Source: Macrostomum hystrix
Lineage: Eukaryota > Animalia > Platyhelminthes
DNA: 64,000 nucleotides
Direction of reading: 5' to 3'
Assembly (NCBI GenBank): GCA_950097015.1
Contig: CATNEN010000007.1
Coordinates: 7,812,001-7,876,000 of the forward strand
Under the pieces are notes generated by a model. That model worked only from the letters and a program-made list of their open reading frames with translations. It was not told the DNA's origin and ran no database searches. Below are positions 36,350 through 48,904 of the stretch, piece after piece. Each line of letters starts with the position of its first letter. Position 1 is the first letter of the stretch. A program made the position numbers and the translations under genes.

Positions 36350-37390
36350 AACAGGTGAATGAATGGGCTTATCGGAGAATGGATGAGATTTTCGGAGAAT
36401 GAATGGGATTATCGTGACGGAATAGGATTTTCAGTGAATTAATGGGCTTATCGGTGAAAGGATGTGATTATCGGTGAATGAATGGGATTATCGGTGAATT
36501 AATAGGATTATCGGTGAATGGATGGGATTATCGGTGAATTAATAGGATTATCGGTGAATGGATGGGATTATCGGTGAATGAATGGGATTATCGGTGAATT
36601 AATAGGATTATCGGTGAATGAATGATATTACGGTGAATGAATGGTATTATCGGTGAATGAATGAGATTATCGGTGAATTAATAGGATTATCGGTGAATGA
36701 ATGGTATTACGGTGAATGAATGGGATTATCGGTGAATGAATGGGAGGATTATCGGTGAATGAATGATATTACGGTGAATGAATAGGATTATCGGTGAATG
36801 AATGGGATTATCGGTGAATGAATGATATTACGGTGAATGAATAGGATTATCGGTGAATGAATGGGATTATCGGTGAATGAATGATATTACGGTGAATGAA
36901 TAGGATTATCGGCGAATGAATGGGATTATCGGTGAATGAATGGGATTATCGGTGAATGAATGATATTACGGTGAATGAATAGGATTATCGGTGAATGAAT
37001 GGGATTATCGGTGAATGAATGATATTACGGTGAATGAATAGGATTATCGGCGAATGAATGGGATTATCGGTGAATGAATGATATTACGGTGAATGAATAG
37101 GATTACCGGCGAATGAATGGGATTATCGGTGAATGAATAGGATTACCGGCGAATGAATGGGATTATCGGTGAATGAATGATGTTACGGTGAATGAATTGG
37201 ATTATCGTGACGGAATAGGATTATCAGTGAATTAATGGGCTTATCGGTGAATGAATGGGCTTATCGGTGAAAGGATGTGATTATCGGTGAATGAATGGGA
37301 TTATCGGTGAATTAATAGGATTATCGGTGAATGGATGGGATTATCGGTGAATGAATAGGATTATCGGTGAATGAATAGGATTATCGGTGA
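36350..37390. repeat. 19/20-bp minisatellite GGATTATCGGTGAATGAAT(G/A), about 50 copies
   Basis: Seen directly. Confidence 0.95.
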
Positions 37391-37699
37391 TATCCTAATA
37401 ACAATTGTTCACTCTCTGAAAAACAATTTTTTAATACAAAGTAAGAAATTATAGCCGACAGGGTTAAATGATAAAATTTTGAGAGTAAATTACAAGTTGA
37501 GCAAACTAAATTAACAAACGCAACTCGGCCAAAAAATAGAAAATTCCTAGAAAATCTCTAAATATACATCCAGAGTGCGCCTGGTTATATTTATCAACTC
37601 GAGCTTGTCGACTCCACCATTAGTCCGAATTTCGGGTTGGACGAAAGCAGAATAAAAATAAGCGAGTACAATATTGGTATAATATTTATTAATCCGACC

Positions 37700-38640
37700 G
37701 ATAGAAATATGTTCTAATCTGATAGAGACCTGTTCTAATCTGATAGAGACCTGTTCTAATCTGATAGAGACCTGTTCTAATCTGATAGAGACCTGTTCTA
37801 ATCTGATAGAGACCTGTTCTAATTTGATAGAGACCTGTTCTAATCTGATAGAGACCTGTTCTAATCTGATAGAGACCTGTTCTAATCTGATAGAGACCTG
37901 TTCTAATTTGATAGAGACCTGTTCTAATCTGATAGAGACCTGTTCTAATCTGATAGAGACCTGTTCTAACTTTATAGAGACCTGTTCTAATCTAATAGAG
38001 ACCTGTTCTAATCTGATAGAGACCTGTTCTAATCTGATAGAGACCTGTTCTAATCTGATAGAGACCTGTTCTAATTTGATAGAGACCTGTTCTAATCTGA
38101 TAGAGACCTGTTCTAATCTGATAGAGACCTGTTCTAATCTGATAGAGACCTGTTCTAATCTGATAGAGACCTGTTCTAATATGATAGAGACCTGTTCTAA
38201 TCTGATAGAGACCTGTTCTAATCTGATAGAGACCTGTTCTAATCTGATAGAGACCTGTTCTAATCTGATAGAGACCTGTTCTAATTTGATAGAGACCTGT
38301 TCTAATCTGATAGAGACCTGTTCTAATCTGATAGAGACCTGTTCTAATCTGATAGAGACCTGTTCTAATCTGATAGAGACCTGTTCTAATCTGATAGAGA
38401 CCTGTTCTAATCTGATAGAGACCTGTTCTAATCTGATAGAGACCTGTTCTAATCTGATAGAGACCTGTTCTAATCTGATAGAGACCTGTTCTAATTTGAT
38501 AGAGACCTGTTCTAATCTGATAGAGACCTGTTCTAATCTGATAGAGACCTGTTCTAATCTGATAGAGACCTGTTCTAATCTGATAGAGACCTGTTCTAAT
38601 CTGATAGAGACCTGTTCTAATCTGATAGAGACCTGTTCTT
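37700..38640. repeat. 21-bp minisatellite CTGATAGAGACCTGTTCTAAT, about 45 copies
   Basis: Seen directly; source of the LIETCSN ORF. Confidence 0.97.
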
Positions 38641-38962
38641 GTCTGATATAACCCTAATTAGGTTATGATTTGCCCCCAAAAATGTGCCTTTTTTCAGCGG
38701 CCGAAACCTCTACGCATGAGTGCGCCTTGGCTCCCATTCAGGCAGTGCGCATATCAGAATTCTGAGTGGAGAACAATTACAAAGCACAAATAACTCTGGC
38801 CGAAGATAATCTTTTTAAGCAGGTAGATAAGCTTGGGGGCAGCTAACGACTTGTTAAATGAGTTTGTTATTTACAATGATTTGACAGCGTATTCATCAAC
38901 CAGCCTGTAGGGCAGCGTGGACATTGTTATGGCACTTGTCAATTCATCGAAAACCTGCGGCA

Positions 38963-39016
38963 TCATTGAATCTCTCTTCGCATCTGAAGGTAAGATACTG
39001 AGGAATGGTGATACAG

Positions 39017-39047
<31 letters not shown>

Positions 39048-39086
39048 TTCTGATGATGATAATGCTGGTGCTGGTTGGGATACTGG

Positions 39087-39121
<35 letters not shown>

Positions 39122-42100
39122 ATGCGGGAATCTGAGGTACCGACCTCCGCCAGTCTGGTGTGGCAGCGGCTGCGGCTGCCGCGATGCGGGCACTTCAGAG
39201 TATTCATTGTAGCTGCGACTCCGCTGCCCCAGCACCGGACCTGAACTGCCTCCACGACCGCCAGCAGGGCTGCCTCCGCTTCCACGGCCTCCGAGAGCGC
39301 CAACTCGGCCGCCATCGCCGCTGGGCCGCCGGTAGTCCGTGTAGTCGGTCTCGAAGCGTTTCAATCTACTGTGCGGTGACAGCGGGCGCTGCTGCTGATA
39401 CTGCTGGTGTTGCTCATACTGGTCTTGCGGCTGAAACTGCTGCTGGTGCTGACGTTGGCGATGCTGCTGCTGCTGCTGCTCGTGATGGCGACCTGCGCGT
39501 CTAACATCGTCGTCTATGTCGTCAGTCCGCAAGAATTCATTGAATATAGCGCTGGTCTTTTCATCGATGCTATAGTCGCGCTGAAGTTGGACGCTTTCGC
39601 TGCTGTGGAGATGACTGTGAAGATGCTGCTGCTGTTGCTGCTGCTGCTGCTGATAGTTAAAAAACCTGTTAAACACCATGGCCTTGCTGGCAGTGCCGCC
39701 GTCAAGATCGCCGCGCTCAATGTCGGTGGCACCGTGGATCGCAGCAGCGTCGAAGCCAGCCTCGCCAAGGAGACCTCGTCGTCGGTCCTCGCTGAACTTT
39801 CGGCGACGGGCCGAGGCACCGCGTGACGCCGAGACCGATGCAGATGAGGTATCATCATTGTCGATGACAACGTCACGTGGGGTTGTCACAATGAGCGTCG
39901 GCGAGCGCAGCGGTGGAACATGCATCCTTGGCGAATGTGGCGGCTGATGCTGCTGTTGCTGCGGCTTTCTCACCGGCGAGACAGGCGGTGTGGCCTTTGA
40001 GTGCGGATGCTTTTGCTGCTGCTGCTGCTGATGCTGGTGCTGCTGAATGGGCCGCAGTCGATTCGGTGATGGCGGTGGTTGCGGCAGCCTCAAGGGCAGG
40101 TGGGAGCTTACAGCGGACCCGGTGACAGCAGCGGCCCCCTGTGACTCCAGGCTCTTGTAGCCAGAGTCCCGCTGCATCTGCTGCAGCTTGCGGCTGGCGT
40201 GGCTCTCCCCGGTGCTGTCCGTGTGAGACTCGGTGCGTGACTCCGCGTGAGACTCAGCCGCCGAGGACTCGAAACTGGTGGTGGTCTGTCCGCGGCTGGA
40301 GTTCGAAGGGTCCATCTCCGGGTCTGTGGTGGCAGTTTCAAAGCTGTCCAGACTGGTCTCGCCACTGATGTTGACCTTCTGGCTGCGCTGGATGAAAGCC
40401 TGATGCCGGAACTGCTGGCGCCGCGCATCCTGAGACACTGTCGGGAAGCGGAAGGGCGCTCGCCTGTCTGCGGGTTGCGGCTGGTGGGGCTGCGCAGCCG
40501 TGGCTGCCAAGTCGTCCTCGATGCTTGATCTCAGCTGCCACAGCTGCAGAGGATCGCGAACCCGCAGGCCGCCCCCAACAGCGCTGCCGTCGTTGCATCT
40601 CTCTAAGCTGACGTCGCCCATTCCGCCGAGATCGCTACCTCCTCGTCCGTCATCATCCACGAGAATTTCGTCCAGCATGAGCTGCTTCTCCTGCACGTCC
40701 TCCAGGCTGCCTGTGTCATTGTAGCGGGCCACGCTGGGGCTGCCGCAGCGGCGGCTGGAGGCGCCCTGCTGAACCGATGGCAGTAGCTGAAGTGGCGGAT
40801 GCTGCTCCGCTGCGCCAAACTGGCGCGCCATTCTCGTCGCCGCCTCCGTCACTGCGTCGAAGCTTTGCGCCTTCCGGCCGCCCTGGCAGACCTCCGGACT
40901 GCCGAGCATGTTCACGACCTCCAGGCTGTGACTGTGCTGCTCGTCGGAGCCAGCGGCTGCTGCAGCGGCGGCAGCAGCGATGGCGACGGCTCGGCTGGAA
41001 GAGCGACGGCGATCGATTCGACATCCCGGGATGCCGAGCAGCTGCTGCTGCTGTCGCTGGTGTGGATGCAGGTGCTGGTATGGCGGTTGCAGCTGGTGGT
41101 GCTGCTGGCGCTGCTGACGCGAGTCCTCTGAAAGGCGCCTCGGTGGCGGCTGTTGAACGCTGAGCAGGTTGCCGCGGCTCTCAGCCGTATCCGTGCTGAA
41201 GCGGGCATCGAAGCTACCGCCCCGGCCGCCCCTGTGCTGCTGCTGACCGTGGAGTTGCAGATGATGCGGCATGGTGGGAGGCTGCAGCTGCTCTGAGTGC
41301 GGCTCCGAATTGCGCGACGAAATGCGAATCAGCGGGGAGTAGCGCGGCTGGCTGCCCCTGCGGGTCGACCGAGTCAAGGTGAGTCTCGGACTTGGACTGG
41401 GCCTCTAAATGCATTTTGGTCTGGGACAGGGACTAAAACAGGATTGAGATTTGGAGAGAGAGTGGGACTGGGACTGGGACTTAAACAAGCTTCAGAGCAG
41501 GTTCACTCACTCCATGGAGCCGGATTTGACTGCCTGGCGCGGCGGCTCCCTGACCAGCGGTGCCGCCTCGACGGAGCTCGGAGAGGCTGGGAAGGTCAGG
41601 TGATGGGGCGGCCTTGTTAAAACAAATCAAAGACATAAAAAAGAATTTCCCAGGCTTCCCCGACTCACCGCTGATTCTGGCTGTGCTTGACGACACATCG
41701 CGGGCGCTGCACACAAACTCCGTCGCCATCTCGTCGCCGTAGTCATCGTCTCCGTCTTCATTGGCGAAGAGTTCAATTCTCGTATCGTCACCGTCGCCGA
41801 CGCTGTTGACGACATCGTCGTCGCGAATCGATGAAATCTCGGCGGCCAGCTGGTAGAGCTCAGCCGCCGCCAGCGCCTCGTCGTGCGGCTGCGAGCTGCA
41901 ATGCCGTGCGGGGATTGGCTGATTAGCTATGCCGGGCGGGGATTGGCTGGTTAGCCATGCCGGGCGGGGATTGGCTGGTTAGCCATGCCGGGCGGGGATT
42001 GGCTGGTTAGTCATGCCAGGCAGGGATTGGCTGATTAGCTAGCTCAGCCCAGCAGGTCCCTTGATGCTGCATCGGCATGAATTTTGTACTTTTGAGCAGC

Positions 42101-45100
42101 GGTTGGAGACAGCAAATATAATCCCAGATACTGTAAGAACAGGGTTTCAGTTTCAGCCAGGGCGACTCGGTCCAGCTTTGCCTGCAGTTTCAGCGATAGT
42201 CTCTGCTCTCCTGGCTGGCCTAATTAATTTAAGACGCCACGATTTCAGCGGCCGCGAAGACACCCAGACCGCCGATCTGCCGAGCCCATCTCCAGCCGTA
42301 GGATTGGGAACTTTTCTAAGCCAAAATTTTCTTTCCTATCTTCCAGTTTTCCTCGCTCTTTTTTAAAAGTTTTTTTGCTTTTAGTCTAGATTAAAAAATA
42401 GCGCATTCCTTTGGAATCATAATTGCAGCTCCGTGCCTTTCTTAGAATTGTTGCAATGGACAGACAGACAGCAGACAGATACCCAGGACAGGACAGAGAC
42501 AGGACACACGGGTGGACACACGGAAAGGCGGACACACGGGACAGACAGGCAGACACACGGGACAGACAGGCAGACACACGGGACAGACAGGCAGACACAC
42601 GGGACAGACAGGCAGACACACAGGACAGACAGGCAGACACACGGGACAGACAGGCAGACACACGGGACAGACAGGCAGACACACGGGACAGACAGGCAGA
42701 CACACGGGACAGACAGGCAGACACACGGGACAGACAGGCAGACACACGGGACAGACAGGCAGACACACGGGACAGACAGGCAGACACACGGGACAGACAG
42801 AAAACAGACTCCGCAAATCAAGAAAGGTGTCGCAGCTTTTCAGCAAGCCGAATGGGTGTGTTGTGCGCACCCGAGGTGAAGAAACGGGGGAGGGACGGAG
42901 ATGGGGTGGCTGCTGTAGTGGATGGGGGATTCAAACTGACTCTTGGGTGGTGAGGATGAGGGGGGATAAATTATTAAGGAAGGCGCTCACACGAGCTGTT
43001 TGAGTAGGGAGGGATAAAATTAGAATGCGTGGTAGATGGTCGCGATGGGATCTGCAGGTTGAGAAGCGTTGAGTAGGGCTCACGGAGGCCTTTGTGCAGG
43101 CACCGGAATTGTGCACCAGCACTGCCTGTTGTTTCGCATTTGCTGCTACAGTCCGCTTCCCAATTTTCTCAAGCTAAACAGATCCCTAGACAGCCTGCTT
43201 CCCAATCCCGGTTAATCACAATTTGTTTATCGTTGGAGCAATAATTTCTGATCTTTCCTGTACCTTAGTTAATAGATTGACCTGTGCACCTGTCTGCCCA
43301 AATTTTCTTAAGCACTCCTATCTATCTTTTACAGCCTCATCCGTGAGCCTGACCAAAGCAATCTCACCCACCTGTCTCTGTATCTCACCCACCTGTCTCT
43401 GTATCTCACCCACCTGTCTCTGTATCTCACCCACCTGTCTCTGTATCTCACCCACCTGTCTCATTATCTCACCCTCCAATCTCATTATCTAACCCTCCTG
43501 TCTCATTATCTCACCCTCCTGTCTCATTATCTCATCCACCTGTCTCATTATCTCATCCACCTGCCTCATTATCTCACCCTCCTGTCTCATTATCTCATCA
43601 ACCTGTCTCATTATCTCATCTACCTGTCTCATTATCTCACCCTCCTGTCTCATTATCTCATCAACCTGTCTCATTATCTGAACCACCTGTCTTACACAAT
43701 CTCACCCAACCTGTCTCACACAATCTCACCCCACCTGTCTCACACAATCTCACCCACCTGTCTCATTATCTCACCCCACCTGTCTCACACAACCTCACCC
43801 CACCAGTCTCACACAATCTCACCCCACCTGTCTCACACAATCTCACCCCACCTGTCTCACACAACCTCACCCCACCTGTCTCACACAATCTCACCCCACC
43901 TGTCTCACACAATCTCACCCCACCTGTCTCACACAATCTCACCCCACCTGTCTCACACAATCTCACCCACCTGTCTCACACAATCTCACCCCACCTGTCT
44001 CACACAATCTCACCCCACCTGTCTCACACAATCTCACCCCACCTGTCTCACACAATCTCACCCCACCTGTCTCACACAATCTCACCCCACCTGTCTCACA
44101 CAATCTCACCCCACCTGTCTCACACAATCTCACCCCACCTGTCTCACACAATCTCACCCCACCTGTCTCACACAATCTCACCCCACCTGTCTCACACAAT
44201 CTCACCCACCTGTCTCATTATCTCACCCCACCTGTCTCACACAATCTCACCACATGTCTCCGTTCTTGACTGTCTTTGTGGCAGATGTCGGGAGAAGCCA
44301 ATAAGTGCGGAACAAACGCCGAAGCCTTTTAAACAGCCTGTCAGCATTCTTGGTACTCGCCAGTCAGCCAGAAGATCGAGAGCAACACGGGGAAAGTGCA
44401 GCGGAAGCTGCAGCTGCAAGGCAGCTATGGCAGAAGTGCAAGACGAAATTAGCAGTCAGCTCGGTCGCTTTAAGAGCTTCAGAAATTGGCGGCCCTGGAC
44501 AGCCAAGAAAATTTCTGCTTAATTAGCGGCGGGTTAAGCGATTAGATTTGATGACGTCACGGGGTTTGTCAGCCGAGGCAGACAGCGGACTATTTATAAC
44601 TCACGTTGCACCGGAAATCCGCAAATTCACCGTCAAAAAATGCACTTTTAGCTGGTAAATGTTTTTCAGGTGCCTTAAATCATTTAACAATTTCATACAG
44701 TAAACATGACTCACCTTCGACTCAGCTCGGCTTCTGCAGCTGCGGCCGCTGCGGCCAAGCTCTCCATCTCGTGCGCCGCTTCCTCGTCGGCATCGCTGCG
44801 GTCGCCGCCCTCGCCAAAGTTGTTGCCTCGCTTGCGTCTGAAGTTTAGCGAGACGAATCACAGAAAACTCTAACTGAGGCTGCTCATTTCAATATCCTTT
44901 CTGACCCACATCTTCCCTGACCCACATCCTCCCTGACCCGGATCCTCTCTGACCCACATCCTCCCTGACCCGGATCCTTTCTAAACCACATTCTCCCTGA
45001 CCCGCATCCTCTCTGATCCACATCCTCCCTGACCCACAGCGTCCATGACCCACATCCTCCCTGACCCGGATCCTCTCTGACCCACATCCTTTCTGACCCA

Positions 45101-46200
45101 CATCCTCCCTGACCCACATCGTCCATGACCCACATCGTCCATGACCCACATCCTCCCTGACCCACATCCTCCGTGACCCACATCTTCTCTGACCCGCATC
45201 CTCCGTGACCCAAACACTAAGTTGCTACAAGCCAACAGATCCACAAAGAGCACAGAGTCGACTGAGTTGAGCCCTCTTATGAAAGCAAAGGCAAATCAGG
45301 CAGCGAATGCGGTGCGGGTCGCAGTCGATGCAAAAGCTTTGGCGCTTTGATAAACTGAACAATGGCTTGCACTCCAGTCACTGCAGATACCATAGAAACG
45401 CACTGATAAGGCAGGACTTTCAAGGAAACATTTGGCCCCCCAAAGACCCCCCATCCCCCAGATTGAGAAGCAGACAAGGCAGGTGGATGGAGCGCCAGCG
45501 CCAGTAGGAACAGATGAGCTGAGATAGGAAAAACACGACAACTCGAATGAGCCATCGACATCGGGATCTTGAGTCCCCTCTCTGTCCCGCATCTGCCCGC
45601 CTGCGGACGCGAATGGAACAAGAGAATGGGGGATTGGAGTCCCTCATGAGAACGGCCCGCGTCTTTCCTTCCTCTGCCAAGCAATGCCCCGGCGTCCCGT
45701 GAATGGCGATGAATTATTAATCAGACTCATTCTCCCGTGTGCGGAGCAGAAGTGACCCACTGAAGAAGAGGACGAGGAGGGAAGGATATCGGAGTGGATG
45801 GCTGAGCCAGCTCAGATGCAGGTGCTGCTGCTGCTGCTGCAGCTTAGCGAGATAATAAACAAAGATCATTCGGCTAATGTTAGTGGCAGTTTCTCTGCTT
45901 AGGCTTGCTGGGGAACTATCTATTTTGGGATTTCTTAGCCCCTGAGTGAGCTGGACTAGCAATCCACCGGACTCACCCCAGCAGTTGGCGATGAAAGCAG
46001 AATTTGCACACCGCCAGAATCACCAGCACAAGCGCCACCCCGCCGACCGCGCCAAGGACCAGAAACAGCAACAGGAGGCCGACCGAGTTGCCGCCGACAC
46101 CGCCGCCAGTGACGCCAGTGACGCCACCGATGATGCCGTCGAGGAGGCCGCCGCCGACGCCGCGACCTCCGCTGCTGGCGCCTCCGGCCGACGTGGCCAT
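38963..46200 (-). CDS. CBARP: CBARP/BARP-like single-pass membrane protein (voltage-gated Ca2+ channel beta-subunit-associated regulator), about 1014 aa
   Basis: Exons 46200-45977, 44837-44715, 41895-41669, 41586-41511 and 41357-38963; all GT-AG and phase-consistent, 3045 nt in total. The N-terminal TM ends LAVCKFC. Motifs LWQLRSSIE, RKLQQMQRDSGYKSLE and RDYSIDEKTSAIFNEFLRTD match recalled vertebrate CBARP motifs (LWSLRASLE, RRLLQMDSGYASIE, RDYSIDEKTDALFHEFLRHD) in the same order. Confidence 0.82.
41905..42040. repeat. 28-bp minisatellite GATTGGCTGGTTAGCCATGCCGGGCGGG, about 5 copies
   Basis: Seen directly; abuts the acceptor at 41896. Confidence 0.9.
42530..42800. repeat. 21-bp minisatellite GACACACGGGACAGACAGGCA, about 13 copies
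   Basis: Seen directly; intronic. Confidence 0.95.
43360..44250. repeat. Minisatellite shifting from 21-bp (CACCTGTCTCATTATCTCACC) to 24-bp (CACCTGTCTCACACAATCTCACCC) units
   Basis: Seen directly; intronic. Confidence 0.95.
44895..45212. repeat. 16-bp minisatellite CTGACCCACATCCTCC, about 20 copies
   Basis: Seen directly; intronic. Confidence 0.93.
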
Positions 46201-47969
46201 GGCCTTGGAGAAGCGATCAGCAGAGGAATCGGGACCCTTCAAGCTGCTCTTTCTCTACCCGGAGTCTCCCGGTGTCTCAAATCCGCTTTTGTGTTTTTGA
46301 ATCGAGCAGCTGCTGATGGTGAGGGGCAGGTTCTTGCCTCTGCTCCAGCCTCTGCTGCCGCTGCTGCCGCTGCTGCTGCTGCTGCTGCTGCCGCTGCTGC
46401 TGCTGCTGCTGCTCAGTGTGCTCGCGGATCGACCCCGCGATCATGAGCCTGAGCTGCTAGCCTGTCTGCCTGCCCTCTGTTTGCCAGGTGGGAGGGTGGG
46501 GGCGCCGAGGGAGGCTAACGGGGGGAGAAGCTGGGAGCTGCTAGCTGAATTTTTGGTGGGCCTGCCCGTCGGGGGGTGGCGGGGCTTAGGCGCAGAAGGA
46601 ACAATGGAGGGGAAAGAGGGATGAGAAATTGGGATAGGGGAGCGGGAAATAGAGGGACAGATTTCTCGGATTGGGGATTTTCGCCGGTATGGGAAGAGAG
46701 CCAGAGAGGCGGGGAGGCAAGGAACTGCCAGAAGCCGCGATGCCAACGAGAAGTACTCTGGAAGCGGGCGGGCTGGAGCGAGAGTGGCAGCCAGTGGGCC
46801 GGGCGCGGAGTCCGGCCAGTCAGGAGGCTGGGGGTCTGGCGCGGCCTGGCCAGCCCCGGTGATATAGGCCGAGCCGCGGGACCGCCGCCTCCCCCGGACC
46901 TGCAGCCGGCGCGGCTATTGGGCCTGCAGACCGAACCAGCCACAGGTGAGCAGCCAGTGCTCATCCATGCCGCTACTCAACTTGGCCTCAACCTTCGACC
47001 GTCGCTTGGCACACGGGACTCGGATTGAAGCGATAAAATGGGGATGGGAATGCGAGAGGGGAAATGTAGGGCCAAGTAGGCACAATGGGATGGGAATCGG
47101 CAGTTTCGCTAGCAGCCTCCTCGTAACCCTGTCGCTTTTATCCCAGATTTCGTCCAGGATTCATCCGCTGTTGCCACTCCATCAGATCCAGCCTCGGCTT
47201 CCCCATTGCTCTCCAACCGACTCCAAGCAGCTGTGCCTCAGCCGCTTCGTCTATCTTACTAAGCACCTGTCGATCTCACACTATCCCCTATCAATTTTAC
47301 TCTGATTTTATTTATTTTTTTATTTTTTCAATCTTATGCTCGTATTTATCAATCTCCGTTTGCCACTATCAATCTCCCTCTGCCCGCATCAATCTCACTT
47401 TGTTCAATGCAATCTCACTCTTAATTATAAAAAATCTTGCTTCTTAATTTTACTCATCCACCCTGTCAGCCTACAGCACCCTCGCTGCTTTTCTGTTTAA
47501 TAAAACAATATCAATATAACAATATCAAAGCAGTTTAAAATGCTTTGAATATTTTTTTAGCTAAAATAATTAGAGCAGAAGCCAAGTCACTCAGGGCAAA
47601 GTACTTCTTCCCTAAAGTGCTTTTCTTGACGTCATTCTCGACAAAAGCGAGCGATTGAATTCAATAGTTTGGCACGTTTTTTCAGCTTAAATAATTTTTG
47701 CCATCATTGTCAGAAACAATGGAAGAGCACACAAAGGTGGAGTCTGCCATCCATTTTGGGTTGTTTTTATCTGCCAAGGGCAAACAGACCCTCCACCCGC
47801 ATCCAAGACACACCTGGCTACCCTGCGCAGCTTCCATCCGATGACGTCATCGCTTTTTTTCCATTTCTGATGAGAAAAAACACTGCGACGTTTCGGAAAG
47901 GCGGCGCGAGGAGTTTTTTTACTGGAATTTTTAGAACAAAAAATTGGCTAGGCTAATATCTCTAGATGA

Positions 47970-48250
47970 GGTTCTACCCCAGTGGTTAGGGCGTCGGACT
48001 CACGACTTGAAGGTCGGGGGTTCGATTCCCGACTCCACTGGAACAATTTGTGTCCTTTTGCAAGACTCTTAACTCTGGATTGCTTCAGTTCACCCAGCTG
48101 TTAAATGGTTACCAGCGTTAAGTAATTGAGAGTGGGTGTGGCGTCCCCCCAGTCCATGGACTGAACAGCCGTACGCAGCCTTCAGCTGCGCTGCACAATA
48201 GCTGCGGCTGTGCTGTCGGCTGCACATCTGGCCCAAATTGGGTCAGGTTT
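47970..48250 (+). mobile_element. tRNA-derived SINE with a CORE-like central domain (family 1)
   Basis: A box TACCCCAGTGG (47975) and B box GGTTCGATTCC (48019), followed by TGTGTCCTTTTGCAAGACTCTTAAC...CACCCAGCTGTTAAATGGTTACC, which resembles CORE-SINE central domains. The tail ends in an AT-rich stretch. Confidence 0.75.
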
Positions 48251-48338
48251 AATCAATTATTTGATTTTTTATTTGAAAATATTAGAAAAAAATAAGACTA
48301 AAATACAAATACAAAAATAAGATAGACACCAAATTTAC

Positions 48339-48425
48339 TTGGGCCAGATGTGGACAGCCACGGCGCGTCCAAATGCTGTGTACAGCTTTTTCAGTCCACG
48401 GACTGGTAGTTTGCCACACCAACCC
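48339..48425 (-). mobile_element. Inverted, diverged copy of the family-1 SINE 3' tail
   Basis: Reverse complement matches 48135-48236: CACATCTGGCCCAA 14/14, CCAGTCC(A/G)TGGACTGAA 16/17, and GGTGTGGC. Confidence 0.6.
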
Positions 48426-48904
48426 AAAATTTAATTTGTCAATCAAATCAACAAGCCGACATAGATTGTTGATTGAGGTTCGTGAGAGATAGTCAGATGA
48501 TTGATAAAAAGACAGGCGATAGCATGCATAGGTGCAACTGTGGCACAGGTGCGCAAATTGCTACACTGCCATGTGGCAACAAAGCGCCAAGGCAGAGACT
48601 CAAGCCATTGAATTAATAAGCCCCCACACTGCATGTACACACGGGTGCCTGCGCTTGCCCGCCATACATTGGCCTTTTCTATCCTTTGAAAGTGTCAGAG
48701 AAGACTCGAGTTGCTGTTGCAATGCTGAGTAGGCACATTATCCTTGTAGCAGCAAAATATAACTGATTATAAGAGGAAGGAATGCTACACGTGCTAGCTG
48801 GCAGTCACCTGACGTCAGTGACTAAGAGACCATAGTTAGACAATCCTTGTGCATACATGCCACAGCCGTCAGCATGGGCTGATTGACACTATCTATTGCT
48901 AATT

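Noticed and set aside
37824-38651. LIETCSN 275-aa ORF (and similar ORFs at 42386-43003, 52490-53468, 54392-55379)
   Set aside because: Minisatellite translations.
46316-47028. GC-rich ORFs upstream of the CBARP-like ATG
   Set aside because: No domain features; more consistent with 5'UTR or promoter low-complexity sequence.
47970-48045. tRNA gene
   Set aside because: A and B boxes are present, but I could not form a convincing acceptor stem and the sequence continues into a SINE body.
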